Both the position numbers and the translations under genes were made by a program. A DNA stretch of 60,127 nucleotides, filler included, from Platydemus manokwari (taxonomy: Eukaryota), in NCBI GenBank assembly GCA_037951405.1. It is 5 parts of 5 records of this genome, joined end to end, with 100 filler letters (N's around TTAATTAATTAA, not from the genome) between each part and the next. Parts side by side here need not be neighbours in the genome. Positions count along the whole stretch, not along the records: positions 1 to 8,910 come from JBBMOY011331428.1; positions 9,011 to 21,231 come from JBBMOY010240005.1; 3 more parts are not named here. One strand, written 5' to 3'. Positions 1 to 12,109 of this stretch are shown in pieces (the first letter of the stretch is position 1; each line of letters starts with the position of its first letter). The notes under the pieces were generated by a model. That model saw only the letters and a program-made list of their open reading frames with translations. It had not been told where the DNA came from and searched no databases.

Positions 1-1882
1 ATTTTGAGTAACATTTTTAAAAGAACGTGAACGTTAATGTTAGTGATAATTTATAATAATAGTTACCTTTATTGACATAAGCCATATTTTTATAATATGT
101 AAACTTAAAAGATAAACCAAATGTCTACAAAAATATTTTCAATTATCAATTAAAAGAATATGTAGTGCAATGAATGACATAAATATATAAAATAAATTTT
201 AGAATTAAAAAAATAACGAAAATCAATAAATAGATATAAAGTAGATTAGTAAAGAAAATATTATATAAATAAGTGATACAATAAATTAAATAATAAGATA
301 ATAATTGATAATAATTAAAAGAGAAAGGCGAAAGATAAGTAATTTATGACAGACTTTAAAGAATTTAAGTCAGACGAAAAAGAAAGTGAACAGAAGAGGA
401 TTTAATAACTAATTTAATAACTAATACAGCAAACACCAAACAAAGAAGAATATAATATATGCATGTATGAAGACAATTAACATTAAAAAAAATATGCTAG
501 AGCGGTACAACAGGGAAATGAGCATTAGCATTAAAGCGCACTCAAATCAATCGAACCCACCCACAAAAATTTACTCCAAGGGTAATGTTTGTTATTATTA
601 AAAGTGGTTTTCGAAAAGGTAGTTAAGAAGAATTTCATTTTGAAGGAGACTACCCCGGACAATATTTTAACACTAAGTTTTCTTTTTACAGACACTTCAC
701 TGCACTATTTATAAGTTAATTTAACGATTTAAATATTTAATGATTTAAAATCAGTCTAGTTGTAAAAAATTATTTCAAAACATAATTTCAAATATTACAC
801 AAATATAAAAATAGTAATATTTTTTCATAATTAAATCCCAATCATCATACTCATTTCAAAATCAAAAATTGTGTTTCATTAAGACTCAAATAAAAGTTAA
901 AAATTTTAATCGAATTTCAATCAAATAACAGTAGGTTGTTGACACATTTGAATTGAATTTGAATTGGATTATAATTATCTGATTTATATCTACATGTTCA
1001 ATGGCACGATAAATTGACATGAATTTCTTAATATTCTCATCTTCAGGCGATTCTAATAAATGAAAGCAGAGTTGCTAGACAGTAAGCCAACACGCAAGTC
1101 TATTAAAGGAGTGAACATTCTAGGATAATTACCAGTTTATGGTCGGTAAACTCTGTTGTTTTTTTTTTATCTTTTGTGCGCTGCACTTCGTGATTCGTTT
1201 CTTTGAGAGATTAAAAATACATGATTTCTGAATATTCAAGCAAATATCTAACTGAGAAAATTGGGTTTTGTGAATTTTAAGTTTTGTATCGAAGATTACA
1301 TCGAGCTTATTGATTTTTCATTTTGTGAATTATATTTTTCTGTTATTCAATCAATAATTTAACGTATTTTATGTTCCAAAACAGTTCAGAGAACTCAGAA
1401 ATATCTCAGATTTTTAGTAAAATAATTTTTAATATTTTATAAAATTTTATTTTTAATTTTCTAATGATTATTTCTTTTCTAATTAATTTGTAACGAAAAA
1501 ACTCTTTTTGGCGGGTTGAGAAAGCCATCAAAAGTTTTAAATCCAAATTTTAATATTCATATATTCTTTTTATTATATATTTTTCAAATTTCAAATCTTA
1601 AATTAAAAGTAAAAATCTAATTTTTGGAATAATTGAACTTATTAAGTTATTTATTACTTTTAATTTTAATATATTTAAAAACCGTTAGAGACTATTCTTT
1701 TATTTGAATAATCTTTATATATGAAGTAACATACTAAGACTTTGGACTGTTTCTGAACAACTAATTAATTAAAATCATCATATTACTTGAAGTTTGAATA
1801 TTTAAATAAAAGCTTGTTTATATAATTTGAAATAATTGCATAACTTGATATTTCATTATTTACTTCAATTTTAGATTATTTA

Positions 1883-4800
1883 ATGAATAATTCCGATTGG
1901 CCAGAAATACTGACAGTTCAACTAGAATCAAGGCATGAACTAACATTATCAGGAGATAAAGTGGCAGAAAAGGTTTATAAAAATGATGGCATGATAGATG
2001 AAAGTTTATTTGAAATTGGAAAACAGCTAAACTATCTTAAATTAGCAAAATTAGGACTTTTTAAGATTTCTCCTAAGATTTCAAATTTGTCTCAATTAAC
2101 GCAGCTTTCAATTATTGAAAATAAAATAAGTGAAATACCACCAGAAATGTCACTTTTATCTAACCTTGTGTACCTTGATTTATCAGATAACAATATAATT
2201 TCTGTTCCAGGAATTTTTACCAAATTTTCCAAACTTCGAACTTTAAATCTAAGAAATAATCAAATTAATGAAATATCCTCATTCAATGGTCTTGTTTCTT
2301 TGCAGGAATTGTTTTTAGATCATAATAAATTGTCTATTTTACCTGATGATACATTTAATTTAGTTCAACTTATGGTTCTAAATTTGGCAAATAATAACAT
2401 TGTTGAAATACCAGTAAATATATTAAATTTGAAAAACTTGAAGATATTGAATTTGGAAAGCAATCATATCAACAATGTTTTACCAGAAATTGGACAGATG
2501 TCACGATTGAAACAATTACAACTGCAGAATAATCCCCTGAAAAATGCCAAAACACAATTGAAAAAGTTAATTAACGATAATTTATATAAGGCAATATCAG
2601 AATATTTGAAAAAATTGGAAATAGAATCATCGAAAAGATCTCGAAACCGAAATTCAAGTACGAAAAAAAGTGAATCAGATCATCATGGTGAAGTGGAAAA
2701 AATGGTACAGATTGTCAATGAGAATGCATCGAGAAAAGTCATTGTCAAGAATCGATCCAGCATATCACGATCTCAAGTTGTGTATTTTATCGTTCACAAT
2801 CTCCAATTTACTTCGGATAAATTTAAAAAATTTGTCAAACTTCAAGAACAGTTACACAAAAATGAATGTGAAAATCGTAAATCTGCAACCATTGGTGCTC
2901 ATGATCTTACGGCAATTAAATTTCCCCTCGTTTATTCGTCCAAACAATCAGATTTGTTCAAAGTAAGCCTGTTTTCTATTTTTTATTTGAATCATTTTCG
3001 GAATTAATTTCTATAATCTATATAATGCATAACCAATAGATTCCTCAATATTGTCTTTTTTTATCTGAAAATTTCTCACAGATTAATTTTGTAGTGTAGA
3101 TATTAGAATCCGTTCTCACTAACTGGTCGCTTATATTTTATCTTGATTTATTAAGTTCATTTATATTGATGTTTTCTAATCTATATTCCGTTGATCTTAT
3201 TATTTTTGTTTTCATTTTTCGTCATTTTAAAACATTTATCTCTCAATTTATTTCTCATTAATAAGCTATTTTTGCAAAAGGTTGATCTTACGCCATTGGA
3301 ATCTTATCCTCAATAAGAACATTTCCATGCGAAATTTCATTTTTATATTTGAGATTATTTATTTTCGTCGCTTATCAGAGATTGTTGAGAAAATGAACGA
3401 AACTTAGTAGTTATGATCTTTCGCCCTTGACTGTGTATGATGAGTGTAAAAATTGCTTTCTGTGGTCCAGAGATCACGAAAACAGTAACTCACCGCTTCG
3501 TTATTATGCTTTAACTTGGAGGCCTGACCAATCAGGCGCATTAATAAGCTCACTAGTTTGATGACTGTGTCACATATAAACAGATTGATGTATTTGGCTA
3601 ACTCCTTTGCACTGTAATGCTAATAGACCAAAATCACAGTGAAGGCATGTTGAGGGACCGAGCTAAGTGATCTAATAATTATTGTTAATCGATACAGCAT
3701 AACCATATATATATATAAGATGTATAATTTGGATAAAATCACTCTGATTGAAAATTTATTTGTGATTTATCTCGTTTAGTAACAGTCAATATTTTTTAAA
3801 TATAATTAAATTATAATTTCATTTTTTGAAATTTTTTATGTTATTTTAACAAATTCTAATTTGGTTAATGGATGGGAAAAGATATTGAGTGATTATTTGA
3901 AACCAACTAATGATTTATTGACAGTTCTCATCCGACTAATCATTGGTGATGACAAAAGCTGCTCCTAGTTTAAGTAAATCTAAAATGCATCACTGCTTGT
4001 TAACGTTTAATTAAATTTTACCAATTTTTAGTAAACTTGGTTAGTATTACCATTTACCTGGCTCAATTGAGGTGATAATAATACAGGATGTGGCAAAATT
4101 AACGCAAAATCTAAAATTAAATTTCTTTACAAGTCTTCGAATTGTTTCTTTACCTAACTTTGCATTTAATTGCTTTGCTGTAACTGTTGCGCTTGTAAAA
4201 GTATTTCACGGATGTAACTCTCTCTGTTCTCCGTTATCGATGAATTATACCCCAAACGTTTGCTTTTTGGACCCAATTTATGCGTAACACAAGTGATGAT
4301 TTGATAAAGCACATTTGAAATTCAAATCAATTACAGATTCTGAACGATCTTTAAAGGCATGATTGGGGCCATGAAATAATTGTTGAAAGATTTTGTGTTA
4401 CTTTTGTCACTCCCTATATGTTAGTATAACAGATACGTATAATTTATACACTAATAATATATTTTTATTTCCTGAGGAATATAGATATTTTATTTATATC
4501 ATTCCTATGAAATGATGATTACTGAAATTCGAACACGCTTTGTTATTGAATATTTGCAAAATGTTAACATAAATTCATTTCCAAACTTTATTATCTGTTA
4601 AAATTTTTATAAAAGCCCCACAACTAGAGTTTAAAATTGTTTGGTTTTCCATTGAACTGGTATTCTACTACTAATACAGTAATCGTCAATCATTAATTAA
4701 ACTTTGGAGTGGATATGTATAGTTTTTAACGATTTGCAACGTTTAGTAATAATGAAATAATATTGATCCAACTTGTTTCACCATGTTTGTATAAAACTTG

Positions 4801-6203
4801 TACACTGCAAATAATAATGTTGAGAATTTTGACTTAAGTTGGATTTCTTAGATCCAGATGATGAATCATTCGAAATCAGAAACCGGAAAGGCTCTGTATG
4901 ATCGGTTGTTGAATGAAGCCGAATTTGAACGTAAGAACAAAAAACGAGGTCATATTTCAGGCGTACATCAATATCTTTCTATGATTAATATTGATGAATT
5001 ACAAGGTGTTGTTGAAGATTGTGATGGTGCTATTATTTCCTATCCACCATTAACCAATTGTAACATGACCAAGGTTTGTTTTATATTATTGGATAATAAA
5101 TATGTTCTTGAAACGATAATAATATCGTGTCATGTTTAAGTTATTATAAAATTTATTATTAATATAATAAATAAAACGTATAACCGAGCTCTTAGGAATA
5201 GCGTTATTGATTCTATGTATTATATTATTTTTTTTAATATATTATATTTAATAATATTAATATCTTCAAATATAAACATTTTGGTGTTTATTTTTAATTT
5301 TGCAATTTTTGTCCTCGTGTAAACTCACAAACAATTTTATTAAATGAGTCAAAATGGTTAACAATCCATGTCTGATGGTTGCTGGATTTGGGGAAATTAT
5401 CGGGTGTAAACTATCATTATATTATTATCGTTGATCAAAATCTATTATGGTAATGTTTCGATAATATTGTTCTGATTTTCGATGCTATTTTACCAGAAAT
5501 TTTGTAAATCTATGATTTATGTAATAATGTTGATATTATTTGATTTTATTGCTTTTCAGAAGTGTTATTGTTTATTAATAATTTAATATAAATACTGGGA
5601 ATTTATGAATAAATAACAAAACAAAAATTTCTCAAGTAGATACTGAATGAAAATTTAAAAAAAATATTTTTAAACTAAGCCGATTGTAAATAGCGGATAT
5701 TCCTGACAACATTTAATCACCAAAAACCTCAATTTTATGTGCCTATTCATATAAAAATAAATGATCAGCTGAACCAGGAATCGAATAGTTAAAACTATGT
5801 TTTGCGCGTAATATTTATTGTAATTCAAATTTAATTGAAGATTTAAATCATAAGGGTTAATGTAAATGTCCGTCAAAAATTCTGTTCCAACCGAGACAGA
5901 CATGGCATGTCAAATATTTCTATCATTTATTTATTTGTTTAGATGAGTGTAGACACAACTGATTTGCTTGTCGAAGTGATCGGGTCCAAGTTAGAAAAAT
6001 GTAAATCTTTGAGTGAGAGTATTATCCGGTGGTTGATTGAAAATGAGATTTCAAATTCTGATTCTTGTTGTCTGGAAATTGAACCCGTCAGAGTGTTTGA
6101 GGATAACTCTGAAATCACACCCGATAGTGGTCAGAATTTATTGGTTTTATTTCCATCTCGAACGGACTTGACTACACTTGGCCTGCCTATCAACAGGCAA
6201 TAA
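1883..6203 (+). CDS. LRRC47: Leucine-rich repeat-containing protein 47 (LRR + B3/4 PheRS-beta-like domain); exons 1883-2962, 4852-5073, 5943-6203; 520 aa
   Basis: N-terminal LxxLxLxxN repeats followed by FKKFVKLQEQLH..CENRKSATIGAHDL, EAEFERKNKKRGHISGVHQYL, DGAIISYPPLTNCNMTK|MSVDTTDLLVEV and LLVLFPSRTDL, all matching LRRC47 motifs. Two phase-0 GT-AG introns (aaa|gtaagc...cttag|atc; aag|gtttgt...ttag|atg) join three ORF-track pieces in frame. Confidence 0.93.
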
Positions 6204-7869
6204 CTGGATAGCTATTGTGGATTATCAATAATAAATTATTTGTGGAAATTTAAAACATTGATCTGGTTTTTATTTATCAATAATTTGCGCATCTTATGCG
6301 ATGTTTCTGGTCCTATTCTTAGGATTTAAAAAAGTACTTCTCTTGGGTAAATACAAAAATGATTCGAGTTAAATCAATAAATTCTGCTAACTTTAAAAAT
6401 TCAAATTCTTTTGACTACCAGTTTTTTGATATTTACACTTCTTTTCAATTTCAACTCGTCCATATGATCAAAGAAGACGTATTCGGTGTAAAGATGGTGC
6501 AGCTGCAAGTGCTGTGAACGAAATTGACATTACTTTATTCGTTTGAAAGCATTTTGAAATCTTTGATTAGTCGCATTCTTAAAATAAATTTTGGTTACAA
6601 AAGCTATCACTTGCCTTTGTTTCGAGAGTTTAATTAGTGAGGATTTTAAAATGAATTAAAATTGAAAAGATTTATAATGGAAATTTATATTAAAAACATA
6701 AATTATTAATCTTATATGTTTAAATAATATGGTTCATGTGTTTTGATTTTTCAATTCACTTTTAATGTGTTTTATAAAATTGTAACGGCTTACAATGAGG
6801 ATGGTCTTGATCGACAACTGATATTCTGAGAAGATTGCATCGCTTTACTAAAAATAATACTCAAATCGTATGGAAAATTATTCGGGTTCATGATTCTAAA
6901 TTTCATATTAACGGATCACTTAAATATCATAACAGTGTTTATTGGTCTGAAAAAAATTAAAGTCGTCTTCATACGAAATCCATGAATCAACGTGAAGTCA
7001 GTGCTTTGGCGGGCAATTTGGTATAAGTTATTTTGCCCCGTTTTTCAAGACAATTGAAGTTTATTTATAAGCATCATCTGCAAGTTGTACCGATAAATTA
7101 TATTTCATTATATAGTATAAGTTAATATTTAACAATTGTTGCAATATTGTTGTCAATTATGAATACATGTTTTATTTATAAAGCCTTTTGTTCTGATATC
7201 GGTGTCATAATTTTCATTTATTTGATCAAAATATCACAATTAATATCATCACCTCTCTGGGTATAACAATTTTAAAATAAGAGACTGAAATTATAATAAA
7301 TGGAACAATAGTTGTAAAATAATCATTATGGGAGAAATTAAAGAGACAATTAGTCATTTGTAAATAGGAATTAACTTGAGAAGTTTAATTATTGTCGTTT
7401 TCATAAGATTTTTGAAGCGATCTAATCGAAATACGTCATAAAATCAAATAAAGTTCTAATTATTTCTCGTGAGTTATTAGAACATCGGAGATTGATTAAG
7501 TTGAGGACAGTGTTATGGGAAAGAATTAATAATAAAACCCCAAACGCAGTATATCAGAATCATCCTCAAATTTTGATCGATATTTAAAAGAGAATTTTCG
7601 TTTCACTTCATAACCAAAATAAACTGTTTCCATATCTTTATTTTTGAACTTCTTTAACTTTATTTTTAAGTTATTGACTCACTTTTTCGGTTCGTAAGCA
7701 TATATAAAAGATTTGTCTCCCATTATGATGCAGAGAGTTAAAAATCATTGTATTACAGATAATAACACGCACGCCTTTTCAAACAAACATATTTTTTTAG
7801 TTCCATACAAGGATTGACTCGCCTGAGGCACAAATCATGTTTTAAATTGACTGGACTGATTCAAATGAA

Positions 7870-8120
7870 ATTTTTACGATTTCAATAAGGTTTCTAATTG
7901 CTTATCAATAATTTTCGAGTACCAAATTTTAACGTGTTGTTCATTAGCTAATATTTGTGATAATATCGAATAAGGTTCGTGTAGAACATGGTATCGACTT
8001 TCTTTGAACATTTTATACCAAGCGCATGTTCTTGTTTTTGACGTAGTCTGTTCAACTAAAGCCTCCAACAATCAGACATTGTAAAGGTATGTTAAAAACG
8101 ATTTTTGTTTTGAAATTGAC
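7870..8120 (-). mobile_element. Degenerate mariner transposase N-terminal (HTH) fragment
   Basis: LEALVEQTTSKTRTCAWYKMFKESRYHVLHEPYS resembles the mariner pattern AFGExxMSKTRVYEWYKRFKEGRxxVEDEPRSG; no catalytic domain or TIR recognised. Confidence 0.65.
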
Positions 8121-8910
8121 GAGTTTAACTTTTAAACCAATGAAGATATTGACATGTAATTTGACGCTGAAACGAATTGAAAAACTAGATAATTGAAAAT
8201 TGATGGTCATATTTACTGATAATTAATGGAATTTGCGAATGATTAATTTCAAATTAACAATTTAATTTTGATTATTTGGCATTTATTTAATACAAGTTGT
8301 TAGTATTTTGATAATTGATTATTCTATTAATGATCTGACAACTAACCACATGAATAGGATACAAGTAAATTCGAGTTAATGATAAATTAAAACAATCAAT
8401 ATAATAATAAATTCAATGATAATACAAATTAACAAATCTGTAATTCTATAATATTTTTAAAAAAGTGAAGCAACCTCAAGAATACGAATTAACAGCGGAG
8501 AGATTGATTTTAGGCTGTGAAAAATTTTTTGGACTTTGTGAAGAAGTTGTTTATCAAATAATCACTAATCGCCTATCGGGGATTGATACAATTGTTACGT
8601 TCGGGCCTTATTGATTTATTTGTTTTAATAAGCTTAATCCTATTTGATATCACAACTGACTTAATCAGTCCCTATGAGTTCTTGATTAAGGCCACAGGTG
8701 TAATATACTTTATATTGTTGTTCTTTCACCTCGCACAGCCTTACTGTATGATGGCAATAAGTGTTGCAGTGATGATATATTTTTGTTGGGGTTCTGGCCC
8801 TACTAGTTGTTTAAAACAATTGATTTACATTGAAAAAATGTGTGCATGACAATACGTATCAAATGTGTATTAATTTTTACTGTATTAATTTTTATTTTTT
8901 TATCTATGTG

Positions 8911-9010
8911 NNNNNNNNNNNNNNNNNNNNNNNNNNNNNNNNNNNNNNNNNNNNTTAATTAATTAANNNNNNNNNNNNNNNNNNNNNNNNNNNNNNNNNN
9001 NNNNNNNNNN
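8911..9010. other. Assembly gap (44 N + TTAATTAATTAA + 44 N)
   Basis: Directly visible; same 100-nt structure as the other three gaps. Confidence 0.98.
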
Positions 9011-11158
9011 TTTTATTTGATTGTTTCAAGGTAAACTTGTGTAATTGTGATTAATAGATTATTTATAATTGTTTGCCATTTTTATATCCAACAGATCAAT
9101 CAAAAGAAAGAATAATAAATCATAAAAAGAGAGTGACCCCAAAACGTATCATATTTATTAAATTTTAATTTATCTTTTTATATTTATAGTTATTTTAGTT
9201 TATATGAACTATTTATAGATTAATTTTATTCTATTTTTAACTAAATTAGTCATGAAAAATAGAAATATTTTCATATATACTAATGATTACCTTTCTAAGG
9301 GTTTGGTCTGAATCCATCTGCACATGACATTACAGATAAATAAATTAATAAATCAGTTTATATATAATCATTTTATTCTCAGATAAATATCAAAAAAACC
9401 TATATCAATGGCAAAAGCAGATTGTTATTATTTCAAGTTGTCAAAATCATGATCACAGATGTCATTAATAACATGACATTGTTTAACAAAATCAAAACAG
9501 CGGTTTAGAATAATAAAGATTCAAAATTAATTCAAAAATAACACGATTAAGTCATGATTAGTCATATGGGCAGACAAATTGAGATATGCAAGACGCATGC
9601 TAACGATGAATTAGAGCACTAATATCAAGTTACAGAAATTGAATTGAACCACTGCTTTGCATTTGATCGTATATCAGAAAATTAGTACATCATGAATCGA
9701 TGTCTCCATTTCCTATTAAATAAGGAAAATAATTCAGTAATTGGAAATTAATATTTTAGAGTAAAGACAAATGTCACACAAATCAATATTATTTAATTAC
9801 TTTGGAACCCTTGACTTGACGTTTTAGACATTTGCATGCTTAAATGGTCTTAATGGCATTGTTGCTAGATACCAGAGATGATATAAATTGAAGATTCAAA
9901 TTCACAAAAAGGACATAACAACACACACACTCGGTTTGATCAATTCTGATAACTTAAAACTAAAAGAATACAAGAAAGTATAAATTATAGATGGCAATGC
10001 AAATATCGCATATTGCCAGTTGTCAGCCAATCGATAATGTATTTTTGATTGTTAATGGAGTCAGTTGTCTCTGGTTATTTATGTGAATCACAGCGCTGCA
10101 CGTTTTTTCTTGAAAATTATCTACATTGATACAAAGAAGCAACTAAATCTTCATGTACTGTCAGTGCTACGGATGAATGAATATGCATGTCTTTCTTGAA
10201 ATTAAATGTACTCTTTAATAATACACTTCAAATACTTTAAAAACTAATTATTATAGACTCGAAAATATTAACTGATAACGACTTAGAAACATTTAAGAAA
10301 TCGATATGAATGTTTTAATTTGTGAAATCATAAATGATAAGTAAAGATATTAATTTCAATTTTATAAAATGTGAAATAATTATTGATTATATTTAAATAT
10401 TAATAAATAAAAATCAACTTTGAATTCATTCATAGAATTTATTAAAAATTATCCTATCGATTAATTAATCATTACAATTCAATAAAATTTAATTTTTAAA
10501 TCATCATTCAACTTTGTTTATTTAATTTTATTGTTATAAATAATTTCAATGGAATTTTATTTATGATTAAAACAAGACTCCAAATATTTTAAAGTCAATT
10601 TTATAATATCAATCATATTAATTGATAGCGAGTTGATACAAATATTTTAATGTGCGACAGCAAAATTCGATGAGTAAAGATATTATTTTTAACTTTACCA
10701 TATGTGATATAATTATTGATTAAATACAAATAAATATAAAAAATACAATAAAATTAAAAAATAAATATAAGCTTTGAATTCACTGTTTATTAAAAATTAA
10801 AATTTTATTTTGATTAATTATATATTTTATTACATTAACATTTATTTATTAAATTATAATTCAATTAATTCACAATTATTTAATTATATTGTTTTAAATG
10901 AATTACATACAATTTATTTTTAATTTATAAATTATATATTTCCGATATTTAGTAGATATTATTAAAAAATCGATTTTTTAATTATTTATTTAAAATATCA
11001 ATTCAAATATTTTTCAATTAAAAATTTATTTACAATTTTAAAAATTTTTAAAATTTAAATTAAATATAATTAATTTTATTTTTTTAATTTGTTTAAAATC
11101 ATACATTTAATAATCAATTAATTATTTTCTGATTATAACAATATTAATCATTCAAACA

Positions 11159-12109
11159 ATGAATCAACATTCAATATTATTAGAAAACTTTTTATCCATC
11201 ACTGGATTATCGAGAAATGATGGTGAACAAATATTGAATGAATCTAATTGGGATATCAGTGTTGCATATCAAACATTTCTTTCAAATAATCAATCCAACA
11301 CAAAACATATTTCTACATCTCATCAACGACAACGTGAAAAGAATATTTTTACATTTTCTCAATTAAATCAATCATTAAATACTCAACATGATTCTCATCA
11401 AGAAATTTTCAATCATGAATTACAAAATGCCAAACGAAATATACAACATAATCGTTTTGATAATAAAGATAAAAGTAGAGGAAATGACAATAAAAATGTA
11501 TTCAATGGAACTGGTCGATTACTTGGAGATGGAACAAATGATTCTGATTTAATTCAGTCAACATCTACTTCAAATACAAATCAAGTTTGTGTTAATATTA
11601 CAATATGGATCAATGGATTCACAATTGATAATAATAGTTTGAGATCATTCAATGATCGATCTGGTGCTTTGTTTATGATTGCTTTACAGATTGGAAGAAT
11701 TCCCAGTGAATTGAGAAAACAATATCCCAATCAAAATATCATCATTAAGATTATCAATAAATCCAATGAAAAATGTAAACAACTTTCATTCATTGGTGAA
11801 GGTCAATCGATTGGATCATCTGTAAACGTAACTGTAACCAATAATGATGTGAAACCAATTGAGATCAATGAAAATGAAGAAACTATACAAATTAAAGTGA
11901 GGCTAATCAATGGTTCAAGATTATTGATTAAAACAAATTTGTGTCACACAATTTCTGATCTCTATGCTCACATCAGGCACATGTACAGTACTAGTCGATC
12001 TAATTCATTCATTCTTAGTCATGGACACCCTTTGGTAAATTTAATTGAAATGGAAAAGACAGTCGGTGATGCTGGATTAAAGAACTCAATAATATTTCAA
12101 AAGAAATAA
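11159..12109 (+). CDS. p47/NSFL1C (UBXN2)-family p97/VCP cofactor: UBA-like, SHP box, SEP, SHP box, UBX; single exon, 316 aa
   Basis: UBA-like NFLSITG...ILNESNWDISVAYQTF; SHP boxes FNGTGRLLG and FIGEGQSIG; SEP ITIWINGFTID..LRSFND...IGRIPSEL; UBX IKVRLINGSRL...HTISDLYAHI...TVGDAGLKNSIIFQK. AATAAA about 35 nt after the stop. Confidence 0.9.
   Translation: MNQHSILLENFLSITGLSRNDGEQILNESNWDISVAYQTFLSNNQSNTKHISTSHQRQREKNIFTFSQLNQSLNTQHDSHQEIFNHELQNAKRNIQHNRFDNKDKSRGNDNKNVFNGTGRLLGDGTNDSDLIQSTSTSNTNQVCVNITIWINGFTIDNNSLRSFNDRSGALFMIALQIGRIPSELRKQYPNQNIIIKIINKSNEKCKQLSFIGEGQSIGSSVNVTVTNNDVKPIEINENEETIQIKVRLINGSRLLIKTNLCHTISDLYAHIRHMYSTSRSNSFILSHGHPLVNLIEMEKTVGDAGLKNSIIFQKK

Noticed and set aside
1678-1725. 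ccgttaga...atctttatatatg loosely recalls a flatworm spliced-leader exon
   Set aside because: The middle does not match, there is no GT donor directly after the ATG, and such short AT-rich matches arise by chance.
2670-2966. 98-aa overlapping ORF inside LRRC47 exon 1
   Set aside because: Alternate-frame shadow of a real exon with no recognisable motif.
8583-8849. Hydrophobic 88-aa ORF resembling a small membrane protein
   Set aside because: Non-ATG start, T-rich composition explains the hydrophobicity, and it sits next to a gap in repeat-like sequence.
10700-11158. Extremely AT-rich tract upstream of the p47-like gene
   Set aside because: Probably promoter or low-complexity DNA, but no specific element can be supported and similar tracts occur throughout the window.
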